Origin: Candidatus Solincola daggyaiensis
GTDB taxonomy: Bacteria; Actinomycetota; Geothermincolia; Geothermincolales; RBG-13-55-18
Assembly (NCBI GenBank): GCA_015711825.1
Contig: JACVJD010000003.1
Span: 1-59,596, forward strand
Reading direction: 5' to 3'
Length of the DNA stretch: 59,596 nucleotides
Of the stretch, positions 8,723-17,309 are shown one piece after another (position 1 is the first letter of the stretch; each line of letters begins with the position of its first letter). The notes beneath the pieces were generated by a model that saw only the letters and a program-made list of their open reading frames with translations, did no database searches and had not been told where the DNA came from. The position numbers were made by a program, and so were the translations under genes.

Positions 8723-8832
8723 CGTTTCCCTCTCCCTCAATCCCCCGCTGATCGGCAGCTTTTCTTACCAATTACTCCCTACATATATTTGGCCGTTCCA
8801 TCCCCGTTTCCTTGTTTTGTTAGAGATTCATA

Positions 8833-10008
8833 TCAGCAGATCCTGGGGAAGTGCTCGCCGGAGGGCATGCGCAGCAGGCGGTTAGAGCCCAGGGGGGTGA
8901 GGAGGCTTACCTCTCCGGCGCGTCCCTCGAGCACCCTGCCGATGACGGCGGCGTTTTTTCCGAGAGGATGGGCGCGCATGGCCGCCAGCACCACCGGCGC
9001 CGCTTCTTCCGCCACCGCAGCCAGGAGCTTGCCCTCGTTGGCCAGGAGCAGGGGGTCGAGACCCAGCACCTCGCAGAAGGCCCGTACCTCCTCCCTCACC
9101 GGGACATCCGCCTCGACGACCTCGAAGACCACTCCCGAGGCGGTCGCCATCTCCTTAAGCGAAGCCGCCAAGCCCCCGCGGGTGGGGTCACGAAGCGCGT
9201 GTACCGCGCACGCCCCATCATGGCTTGGCTCGGCAGGCGGTTCCGTCTTGTTCGAGGAGCGGCCATTTTCACGACGGCCGCTTCGTAATCCCGCCGCTTC
9301 GCCGTCCCGCGAGTAGGCCCTGCCGCCCGGAGTTTCTCTCCCGGTATCCGCGCCCTTCCCCCCGGCCGCTTCCAGCATGGCTTCCACCAAGCCGTTGAGG
9401 GGAGCACAGTCGGATTCCACCTCCACGCGGAAGTCGAAGGCCTCCCTGCGGCTGAGCACGGCCGCCTCGTGGTCGCCCACGCAGCCGCTCACAATCAGCA
9501 CGTCTCCGGGGCGGGCGCCCCGGATGGAAACATGGCGTCCGGGGGGGATCACGCCGATGCCGGAGGTGTTCATATACATGCCGTCTGCTGCGCCTTTCTC
9601 GACTACCTTGGTATCCCCGGCAACGACCGATACTACCGCCTCGCCCGCCCAGCGGCGCACCGATACCAGCGCCTTCTCCAGCGTCTTGAAGGCGAGCCCT
9701 TCCTCGAGGATCAGTCCCAAGGTCAGGAACAGGGGGCGGGCGCCACGCATGGAGAGGTCGTTTACCGTGCCGCACACCGCCAGCTTGCCTATGTCTCCTC
9801 CGGGGAAGAAGAGGGGTCTGACCACGAAGGAATCGGTGGTGTACGCGATCCTTCCTCCGGCTTCCAGTCCGGGCAGGGAAAGAGCGGCGGCATCCTCGGC
9901 ATCGAGCAGCGTTCCCCCTCCCAGGGCTGGGAAGACCACCTCTTCCAGCAGCTCCAGCATGCGGGAGCCCCCCCCGCCGTGGGCCATGGTTATTACCTTC
10001 TCAGGCAA
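8833..10008 (-). CDS. hypE: Hydrogenase maturation protein HypE (carbamoyl dehydratase) with an insertion of about 51 aa
   Basis: PurM-like MAHGGGGSRM N-terminus, RDPTRGG motif, C-terminal PRIC. At 391 aa it is about 50 aa longer than usual, owing to a Gly/Arg/Ser-rich insert at roughly 9208-9360. Confidence 0.9.
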   Translation of the reverse strand: MPEKVITMAHGGGGSRMLELLEEVVFPALGGGTLLDAEDAAALSLPGLEAGGRIAYTTDSFVVRPLFFPGGDIGKLAVCGTVNDLSMRGARPLFLTLGLILEEGLAFKTLEKALVSVRRWAGEAVVSVVAGDTKVVEKGAADGMYMNTSGIGVIPPGRHVSIRGARPGDVLIVSGCVGDHEAAVLSRREAFDFRVEVESDCAPLNGLVEAMLEAAGGKGADTGRETPGGRAYSRDGEAAGLRSGRRENGRSSNKTEPPAEPSHDGACAVHALRDPTRGGLAASLKEMATASGVVFEVVEADVPVREEVRAFCEVLGLDPLLLANEGKLLAAVAEEAAPVVLAAMRAHPLGKNAAVIGRVLEGRAGEVSLLTPLGSNRLLRMPSGEHFPRIC

Positions 10009-10108
10009 AGCCTCCTCCGTTCACCGTCCCGGTATCTCCTCCCCGAGCGGGGAAACATGCGGGAGCCTCCCCCACCATGGGCCATGGTAATGACCTTATC
10101 GGGCAAAG
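9958..10108. repeat. Imperfect 53-bp direct repeat duplicating the hypE start region (copies 9958-10010 and 10056-10108)
   Basis: Both copies encode (M/L)P(E/D)KVITMAHGGGGSRM on the minus strand. The upstream copy overlaps the hypD stop (TTGCCCGATAA) and runs into a stop after 37 codons. Confidence 0.85.
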
Positions 10109-11196
10109 AGCTCACCTTCCCGGAAGTCGTAGAGGTAGTAAGAGGCGCAGGTGCCCTCGGTGGAGACCATGCAGGGCCCCACCGGGCTCTCCGGGGTGCA
10201 GGCGCGGGCGAAGAGAGGGCAGTCCATGGGCTTGATCCTGCCGCACAGCACGTCCCCGCAGCGACATCCCTTGTCCCCTGCCGCCTCCGGCGCCTCCACC
10301 CCCCAGGACCCGGCGTCGTGGGAGCGGTATTCTTCCCGCAGAGCCAAGCCGCTCGCGGGGATGACGCCCAGTCCCCTCCACTCCGCATCCGCGGGCTCGA
10401 AGACTTCCTCCATGATCTCCCGCGCCTTCGGGTTGCCGTCCTCCCGTACCGCCCGCGCGTACTCGTTGGCGATGGCGGGCTCTCCCCTCTCCCTCATCTC
10501 CAGAAGCAGACACACCGCGCGGAGGATGTCCGCGGCCTCGAAGCCCGCTACCACGCCGGGCAGGCCATACTCGTCGGCCAGGAAGGAGTAGGCCCGCGCG
10601 CCGAGAACGGCGCTCACGTGCCCCGGGAGGAGAAAGCCGTCTATGGCAAAGTCTTCCATATTGAGCAGGGCGCGCAGGGCCGGCGGCACCAGTTTATGCA
10701 GGCTGAGGACGAAGTAGTTGTAGACGCCGTCCCTCTTGGCGCGCATGAGGGAGGCGGCCACCGCGGGCGCGGTGGTTTCGAAACCCACCCCCAGGAAGAC
10801 CACCTTGCGGTCGGTCTCCTCGCTCGCCATCCGTAGTGCCTCCAGGGGGGAGTAGACCACTTTCACCGCGGCCCCCCGCGAGGACGCCTCGGAGAGGGTC
10901 CCTTGCGGTCCAGGCACGCGCATCATGTCCCCGAAGGTGGCCAGGGTGACGTCCTCCAGACCCGCGAGGGCGACGGCCCGGCCTATGTCCGCCTCCGAAG
11001 TGACGCATACCGGGCAACCCGGGCCGGAAACCAGCTCCACGCTGCCGGACAGCAGCGGTCGCAGTCCCGCGCGGGAGATGGCCATGGTATGGGTCCCGCA
11101 CACCTCCATGAAGGATGCACGCGACCCGAAGGCGCGTATCTTCTCCAGCTGTCCGCGCAACAGCTCCGGGGCGCGGTACTCGTCGATAAACCTCAT
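10096..11196 (-). CDS. hypD: Hydrogenase maturation protein HypD
   Basis: 366 aa. GPGCPVCV and C-terminal Fe-S Cys motifs. Sits in hypC-hypD-hypE order. Confidence 0.92.
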   Translation of the reverse strand: MRFIDEYRAPELLRGQLEKIRAFGSRASFMEVCGTHTMAISRAGLRPLLSGSVELVSGPGCPVCVTSEADIGRAVALAGLEDVTLATFGDMMRVPGPQGTLSEASSRGAAVKVVYSPLEALRMASEETDRKVVFLGVGFETTAPAVAASLMRAKRDGVYNYFVLSLHKLVPPALRALLNMEDFAIDGFLLPGHVSAVLGARAYSFLADEYGLPGVVAGFEAADILRAVCLLLEMRERGEPAIANEYARAVREDGNPKAREIMEEVFEPADAEWRGLGVIPASGLALREEYRSHDAGSWGVEAPEAAGDKGCRCGDVLCGRIKPMDCPLFARACTPESPVGPCMVSTEGTCASYYLYDFREGELFAR

Positions 11197-11217
11197 GGGT
11201 CTCCCTTTATGCCCCCC

Positions 11218-11445
11218 TCACGCCTCGTCCAGGCGCGCGTACTCCTCGAGTATCTCCAGGGTCTTTCGCGCCTCCTCGGGATCAACCTTCTCGATGGCGA
11301 AACCGGCATGCACGAGGACGAAATCGCCCGCCTCCACTCCGTCCACCAGCATGAGGCTGACCTCTTTGCGCACCCCCCCTATCTCGATGAGCGCGAGGCC
11401 GTCCTCCAACAGCTCGACGACCTCGGCGGGAACCGCCAGGCACAT
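11218..11445 (-). CDS. hypC: Hydrogenase maturation chaperone HypC
   Basis: 75 aa, starting MCLAVPAEV with the essential N-terminal Cys. Confidence 0.9.
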   Translation of the reverse strand: MCLAVPAEVVELLEDGLALIEIGGVRKEVSLMLVDGVEAGDFVLVHAGFAIEKVDPEEARKTLEILEEYARLDEA

Positions 11446-11473
11446 CTCCTCTTCCTCCTTTTTCCTGTTACGC

Positions 11474-14230
11474 TTATCCGCGACGGCACGCCGCCACCAC
11501 CGCCTGCCCTAGGGATATCCCCCCGTCGTTACATGGTACCCTGCGGTGCAGGTGACACGCCATGCCCTCCGCCTCCAGACCCCTCGTCACCGCCGCTGTG
11601 AGCAGGGCGTTCTGGAAGACCCCGCCGCTGAGGACCACGCGGCCGACCCCGGTCTCCCGGCCCAGCCTCATGCATACCGCGACCAACGCTTCCGCGAGTG
11701 CGGCATGGAAACGTCCCGCGATCTCTCCAATCCCAACCCCCCTCGCGACGTCCTCCAGCAGCGCCGAGAACAACGGCCTCGTGTCTATCTTCCAGGGAAA
11801 GGAAACGGCGTCCAGCTCCCAGCGATAGGGTCGGGCCTCCGCCGCGGCCGCAGCCTCCAGCTCGCACGCGGCCTGGCCCTCGTAGAAGGCCTCGTCCCGC
11901 AGGCCCGCCAGCGCCGCCGCCGCGTCGAACATCCTCCCCGCGCTGGAGGTCATCGGGGCGTTGAAGCCGCTCTCCGCCTGCGCCGCCAGCGCCCCCGCCA
12001 GGCCCGCTCGCGCGGGAAAAATCCTGGCATATAATTCCATGGCTTCCTTCTCATCCCCGCAGACGCCCCATAACACCCCGAAGGCCATGCGGAAGATGTC
12101 CTTCACGCAGACGTCCCCCCCCGGCATAGGATAAGCCTGTAGATGGGCCACGCGCTCGTATCCCTCCTCGTCACATACCAGGAATTCTCCTCCCCACACC
12201 GTGCCGTCGGGGCCGTAGCCGGTGCCGTCCCAGGAGACGCCGATGACCTTTCCCTCCAGCCCGTTGTCGGCCATGCAGCTCACCACGTGGGCGTGGTGGT
12301 GCTGCACCCCCTCCAGGGATAGGCCGAACTCCCCCGCGAGCTGGGTAGTGATGTAGTCGGGATGGAGGTCGTGGGCGACCACCTCGGGCCGCAGAGAAAA
12401 AAGGCGGCGTACCGCCTCCATGGCCTCCTGGTAGTGTCGCAGCGTCTCGCGGTCGTCCAGGTCCCCGATATGCTGGCCCACGAAAGCGTGCCTTCCCCGC
12501 AAGAAGCAGAAGGTGTTTTTCAGCTCGGCGCCCAGCGCCAGCACCTCCGTTCGCGACTCCCGCGCCAGCGTCACCGGGTAGGGAGCGTAACCGCGCGCCC
12601 TGCGGACAGGGTATTCCCGCCCTTTCAGCACCATGCTCACGGAGTCGTCGTATCTCACCAGGATATCGCGGTCGTGGAGGAGGAAGTAGTCGGCGATGCC
12701 CGCCAACCTCTCCCTGGCCTCCTCGTTGCCCTTGGCTATGGGCTCCTCGCTTAAGTTTCCGCTGGTCATGACCAGGGGGATGCCCGCCTCACGCAGCAGC
12801 AGGTGGTGCAGGGGAGTGTAGGGGAGGTAGACCCCCAGGCGCCGCAGGCCCCTGTTCACCTCGCGGGATATGGGCGAGCCCTCTCTCCCCTCCAGGAGGA
12901 CGATGGGGCTCCGCGGGGACGAGAGCAGCTCCGCCTCCTCCTCGCTCACCAGGCAGTGCCGCTGGGCCTCCTCCAGATCCTTAACCATCACCGCCAGGGG
13001 CTTGGCGTAGCGGCGCTTGCGCCCCCTCAACCTGGACACCGCCTCGTCGGAGGTGGCGTCGCAGGCGAGCTGGAATCCGCCCAGCCCCTTCACCGCCACG
13101 ATCATGCCCTCGCGCAGCAGCCTCGCCGCCTCGCATACCGGGTCCCCGTCAACGGCGGCACCCGTCGCGTCCTCCAGCCACAGGCGCGGGCCGCAGTCGG
13201 GACAGGCGTTGGGCTGGGCGTGGAAACGGCGGTCCGAGGGATTGCGGTATTCCCGCTCGCAATCCGCGCACATCCTGAACGGAGCCATGGTCGTGAACGG
13301 TCGGTCGTAAGGGATGTCGGCGATGATGGTGAAGCGGGGTCCGCAATTGGTGCAGTTGATGAAGGGATAGCGGTAGCGGCGGTCCGAGGGATCGAAGAGC
13401 TCGCGCAGACAGTCTGCGCAGGTGGCGAGGTCGGGGGAGACCAGGGTCACCTTCTCTCCCTCGCCGCTGCTTTCCATTATCTGGAATGATACTGCCTGGA
13501 AGGGTGGCACCTCCTCGATTCCGACCTCCTCGATCAGCGCCGCCGGCGGCGCCTCTTCCCGCAAGGCGCTCAGGAAGGAGTCGAGGGCCTCCTTTCCACC
13601 CGCTACCCTGATGCGCGCCCCCTCCGGGGTATTGACCACCCACCCGGCCAACCCGCGCTCGCGCGCGATGCGATAGACGAAGGGGCGGAAACCCACGCCC
13701 TGGACGATACCCCGGAGGTTTATCTCCATGAAGGCCTCGCCGCCGCCCGCCTTCTCGACTTCCTCCAGGACCAGACGCCGCACGTGGGGCAGGGCTTTCT
13801 CTACCTCCGGAGACAGCTCCGTTCCTGCCTCCAGGCTTTTGACCTGCACCGCGATAACCGTTATCTCCTCCGGGCACTGCTCCAGCAGCTCCGCGGAGGC
13901 GATGAGCTCGTAGAGGCCGAAATCGTGCAGGGAGAGCGACGGCGATCCCCGCTCCTGCCTCACCTCCCGCGGCGAGAAGCGGAACACCGCCCCCGGCTCC
14001 TCCCCCGCGTCGATGGCGTCGATAAACACGGCCTTTTCGCGCCCCTCGAGATAGGGCAGGAGATCGGGGCTGTAGATCATCCCTTCCACCAGATCCACCC
14101 CATCCGGCAGACAGCCGCGCAGGGATTCCACCGCTCGCACTCCCACCCCGTCGTCGCCGCGCAGGGGATTGCCGATGCCGATCACCACGCAAGCGGCCCC
14201 GGGCTTGTTCTCCTCTCCATCACTATCCAT
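11474..14230 (-). CDS. hypF: Fusion ORF: hydrogenase maturation endopeptidase domain (HyaD/HybD/HycI family, about 167 aa) joined in frame to full-length carbamoyltransferase HypF (751 aa)
   Basis: N-terminus has IGIGNPLRGDDGVGV...DAIDAG...SLHDFG (protease). From the internal ATG at 13729 there is an acylphosphatase domain (GIVQGVGFRPFVYRIA), two CxxC zinc-finger pairs, then YrdC-like and Kae1-like domains. No stop codon separates the two parts. Confidence 0.85.
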   Translation of the reverse strand: MDSDGEENKPGAACVVIGIGNPLRGDDGVGVRAVESLRGCLPDGVDLVEGMIYSPDLLPYLEGREKAVFIDAIDAGEEPGAVFRFSPREVRQERGSPSLSLHDFGLYELIASAELLEQCPEEITVIAVQVKSLEAGTELSPEVEKALPHVRRLVLEEVEKAGGGEAFMEINLRGIVQGVGFRPFVYRIARERGLAGWVVNTPEGARIRVAGGKEALDSFLSALREEAPPAALIEEVGIEEVPPFQAVSFQIMESSGEGEKVTLVSPDLATCADCLRELFDPSDRRYRYPFINCTNCGPRFTIIADIPYDRPFTTMAPFRMCADCEREYRNPSDRRFHAQPNACPDCGPRLWLEDATGAAVDGDPVCEAARLLREGMIVAVKGLGGFQLACDATSDEAVSRLRGRKRRYAKPLAVMVKDLEEAQRHCLVSEEEAELLSSPRSPIVLLEGREGSPISREVNRGLRRLGVYLPYTPLHHLLLREAGIPLVMTSGNLSEEPIAKGNEEARERLAGIADYFLLHDRDILVRYDDSVSMVLKGREYPVRRARGYAPYPVTLARESRTEVLALGAELKNTFCFLRGRHAFVGQHIGDLDDRETLRHYQEAMEAVRRLFSLRPEVVAHDLHPDYITTQLAGEFGLSLEGVQHHHAHVVSCMADNGLEGKVIGVSWDGTGYGPDGTVWGGEFLVCDEEGYERVAHLQAYPMPGGDVCVKDIFRMAFGVLWGVCGDEKEAMELYARIFPARAGLAGALAAQAESGFNAPMTSSAGRMFDAAAALAGLRDEAFYEGQAACELEAAAAAEARPYRWELDAVSFPWKIDTRPLFSALLEDVARGVGIGEIAGRFHAALAEALVAVCMRLGRETGVGRVVLSGGVFQNALLTAAVTRGLEAEGMACHLHRRVPCNDGGISLGQAVVAACRRG

Positions 14231-14314
14231 GGCGAACCCTTATAGATGACGGGGCGACCCCCGCGGGATCGCCCCCTGTCGCTCCGCTTTCCGTCCTCAA
14301 ATCCCGATCTCGGC

Positions 14315-15451
14315 TCACGCCTCCTTTTTCGCGGGCGCCGGCACCGGCTCCGGCAGGATCGGGAGCTTGTTGAGCACCCCCACCCCGACCTCGCCGAACT
14401 TGGGCTGCGCGACGTAGCGGTCGATGAGTAGGGTCCCGATGTTCCACATGAAGATGGCGATGGCCACTCCCTCGGGCCGGTAGTGGAGCATCCTTATAAG
14501 GAACACCGTTACCCCGATGCCCACCGCGTAGATCCATTTGCCCCTCCTGGTCACCGGGCTGGTCACCCAGTCGGTGGCCATGAAGAAGGCTCCGAGGAAA
14601 AGCCCGCCCGTGAAGAGGTTGTAAAGGGGCTGGTTCCAGAATACCAGGTTGAGCAGCAGGAAACTGCCGATGATCCCCGTGGGTATGCGCCAGTCGATGG
14701 TGCCGCGCCATATCAGATAAAGGCCTCCCAGCAGAAGGAGCAGCACCGACACCTCGCCTATGCAACCGCTCTTAAGCCCCAGGAACAACGACCCTAGGGT
14801 GGGCCTCCCGGCGCTGTTGGTCCAGGTGGCGCCGATGGGCGTAGGCCCCGTGAGCACGTCCACCCCCCAGCGCCCCGACTTGAGCAAGGACAAGGGGGTT
14901 GCCGCCACCGCCAGGTCCGTCTGGTTGCCCGCCAGGGTCTGGAAGGAAGTGACCCCTTTGCTGAAACTGGTGGCGATGGGGGTGAAGAACCCGGTGGTTT
15001 TCCAGTAGAAGGGCCGTACGAACCTGGTGGTGTACACCGCCATGGGGGTGATCCACAGCAGCAGTCTGGCGGTGACGGCCGGGTTGAGCACGTTCTTGCC
15101 CAGGCCCCCGAAGAGCTCTTTGAACACCGCTATGGCTATGAAGGAGCCTATGGCCACTACCCAGAGCGGCGTGGTGGGCGGGAGCAGGAAGGCGAAGAGC
15201 ACCGCCGTGACCATGGCGCTGTAGTCCTTGAGGGTGATCTTGCGGCGGCGCAGCTTGCGCATGACCACCTCGGCCAGAGCGGCGGCGGCGCAGCTCACGG
15301 CGAGGACGAGCACCACGTTGAACCCGAAGACCACCATCGCCCATATCGCGGCCGGAGCGAGCGCGATGAGCACGTCCCGCATGGCGCGCGAGATGGTCTC
15401 GTCCTTCTTATGCAGGTGAGGAGAGACGTTCGTCAACAGGTTTCCAGCCAT
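14315..15451 (-). CDS. RnfD/NqrB-family integral membrane protein
   Basis: 379 aa from ATG 15451; the longer ORF-track start overlaps the rnfC-like gene. Polytopic, with the family-typical FFMATDWVTSP segment. Confidence 0.8.
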   Translation of the reverse strand: MAGNLLTNVSPHLHKKDETISRAMRDVLIALAPAAIWAMVVFGFNVVLVLAVSCAAAALAEVVMRKLRRRKITLKDYSAMVTAVLFAFLLPPTTPLWVVAIGSFIAIAVFKELFGGLGKNVLNPAVTARLLLWITPMAVYTTRFVRPFYWKTTGFFTPIATSFSKGVTSFQTLAGNQTDLAVAATPLSLLKSGRWGVDVLTGPTPIGATWTNSAGRPTLGSLFLGLKSGCIGEVSVLLLLLGGLYLIWRGTIDWRIPTGIIGSFLLLNLVFWNQPLYNLFTGGLFLGAFFMATDWVTSPVTRRGKWIYAVGIGVTVFLIRMLHYRPEGVAIAIFMWNIGTLLIDRYVAQPKFGEVGVGVLNKLPILPEPVPAPAKKEA

Positions 15452-15465
15452 TCGCGTCACCTCCC

Positions 15466-16794
15466 CTATCTTTTCTTCAGGGCCGCTATGTCGGCCTTGG
15501 CCTTGCGGACGTAGGTAACGTGCGGGATGTAGGCGGGACAGGTGAAGGAACAGCATCCGCACTCGAAGCAGTCGAGCGCGCCCCACATCTCCGCCTTGTC
15601 CCACTCCCCTCTCTTCACCGCCTGCACGATGAAGTTGGGCTGCAGGAACATGGGGCAGACATCCACGCACTTGCCGCAGCGCACGCACTCATGCTCCTCG
15701 GCCACGTCCACCATGTCCGCGGTCAACGCGAGCACGCCCGAGGTCCCCTTGACCACCGGTGCCGCGGCGTCTGGTTGAGCCCATCCGGTCATGGGCCCGC
15801 CCATGACGACCTTGGCGAGGCTGCCCTTCGTCCCTCCGCAGGCGTCGAGGAGATCCTGGATGGGGGTTCCTATCCTCACCAGGAGGTTGTCCGGCTGCGC
15901 GATCCCGTCCCCACTCACCGTTACCACTCGCTCGTAGAGGGGCTTGCCCCAGGCTGCCGCCTCGTAGAGGGCGATGGCGGTGCCCACGTTCTGCACCAGG
16001 CATCCCACCTCGGACGGCAGCTTTCCGGGGGGGACCTTCCTGCCCGTGAGAGCGAATATGAGCATCTTCTCCGCCCCCTCGGGGTACTTGACGTCCAGCA
16101 CCTCGACCTTGACGGCTTCCACGCCGCCGGCCGCCTCGCGCATCACCTCCACCGCGTCCATCTTGTTGGCCTCGATGCCGATGATGCCGTCCCTGGCGCC
16201 CACGGCCTTCATGAGCAGTTTGAGGCCAGCCACCAGGTCTGCGGGCCGCTCCAGCATGAGGCGGTGGTCGCAGGTCAGGAAGGGCTCGCATTCGCAGGCG
16301 TTGATGATCACCGTGTCCACGGGCTTGTCCGCGGGAGGGGTGAGCTTTACGTGGGTGGGGAAGGCGGCTCCCCCCATTCCCACCAACCCCGCTTCCCGGG
16401 CTATGGCTCGGATCTCCTCGTCGCTGTAGGCGTCGAGATCCTTGCCCGGCTGCTTGGCGAACTGGGGCTGTTCGGCGTCGGGCGTGATGACCACGCACTT
16501 CACCTTGGCCCCGGTGAAGCCGGTAACCTCGGCGATCTCCTTCACCGTGCCCGCCACCGAGGAGTGCACGGGGGCGGAGACGAAGGCCTCGGAGGCTCCG
16601 ATGCGCTGGCCCAGCTCCACATGGTCTCCCGCCGCAACCAGGGACTCGTTGGGCGCCCCGATATGCTGCGAGAGGGGAATGTACACCTTGGCCGGCACGG
16701 GGCATTCGCGTATGGCCTTGTCCTTGGCGAGCTCCTTGTTGTAGGGCGGATGAATGCCGCCGGCGAAGGTCTTGAAAACGGCCTTTCCGGACAT
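15466..16794 (-). CDS. RnfC-like NADH-binding Fe-S flavoprotein subunit
   Basis: 442 aa from ATG 16794. GMGGAAFPTHVK, ECEPFLTCDHRLM and two 4Fe-4S ferredoxin motifs (CVRCGKCVDVCP, CFECGCCSFTCP). Confidence 0.85.
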   Translation of the reverse strand: MSGKAVFKTFAGGIHPPYNKELAKDKAIRECPVPAKVYIPLSQHIGAPNESLVAAGDHVELGQRIGASEAFVSAPVHSSVAGTVKEIAEVTGFTGAKVKCVVITPDAEQPQFAKQPGKDLDAYSDEEIRAIAREAGLVGMGGAAFPTHVKLTPPADKPVDTVIINACECEPFLTCDHRLMLERPADLVAGLKLLMKAVGARDGIIGIEANKMDAVEVMREAAGGVEAVKVEVLDVKYPEGAEKMLIFALTGRKVPPGKLPSEVGCLVQNVGTAIALYEAAAWGKPLYERVVTVSGDGIAQPDNLLVRIGTPIQDLLDACGGTKGSLAKVVMGGPMTGWAQPDAAAPVVKGTSGVLALTADMVDVAEEHECVRCGKCVDVCPMFLQPNFIVQAVKRGEWDKAEMWGALDCFECGCCSFTCPAYIPHVTYVRKAKADIAALKKR

Positions 16795-16796
16795 CT

Positions 16797-17300
16797 TCAC
16801 ACCCCCTCTTCCCCGCTCCTGGCCCCGAGGCGGGGGAACCTTTCCGACCTGGTCCAGCGGGCGTAGATGTAGATGACGTTGGCCAGCAGAACTACCCATA
16901 GGAAGACGTCGTATGCCTTCCAGGTGTTGGCGATCCCACCGAAGGCGTCGTTAAGCCACTTCATCCAGCTGTTTGGGAGGTAGAAAGCGTAAGAGAGCAG
17001 GAAGTACCATATCGCCAGCAGGGCGAGGACTATCCTGTACCACCCCATGGGCTCGTTCCACCCCTTGGGCTTGCCCAGGGTGGCGTAGTAGATGTACACT
17101 CCCGCAGTCAGGGCCATTGTCCAGATGGAGAACAGGCCCAGGGTCTGAGCGATGCCCATCTGCCAGGGGTACCTCCACCCCTCCAGGAAGGGGTGGAGAT
17201 TATTGAAGCCCAGGTAGATGGAGACCGCCAGGGCGCTCAGGTAGATCGCGTACATCGCCTTCGCCGCACCCGGGATGCGTATTTTTTCCTTCATCCGCAT
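16797..17300 (-). CDS. Small Trp/Tyr-rich integral membrane protein (4-5 predicted helices), hydrogenase-operon associated, no recognised family
   Basis: 167 aa with SD GGAGGTGGG. It lies 9 nt after the large-subunit stop and abuts the rnfC-like start. It has a single His, so it is not a dihaem cytochrome b. Confidence 0.6.
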   Translation of the reverse strand: MRMKEKIRIPGAAKAMYAIYLSALAVSIYLGFNNLHPFLEGWRYPWQMGIAQTLGLFSIWTMALTAGVYIYYATLGKPKGWNEPMGWYRIVLALLAIWYFLLSYAFYLPNSWMKWLNDAFGGIANTWKAYDVFLWVVLLANVIYIYARWTRSERFPRLGARSGEEGV

Positions 17301-17309
17301 CCCACCTCC

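Noticed and set aside
9208-9360. HypE insertion as an intein or mobile element
   Set aside because: At about 51 aa it is too short. It has no intein splice-junction residues or homing-endonuclease motifs and is purely low-complexity.
14231-14314. GGGGCGA...TCGCCCC hairpin between the rnfD-like gene and the protease-hypF gene as an intrinsic terminator
   Set aside because: No U-tract follows it on the minus strand. It may be a processing or pause site, but I cannot call it a terminator.
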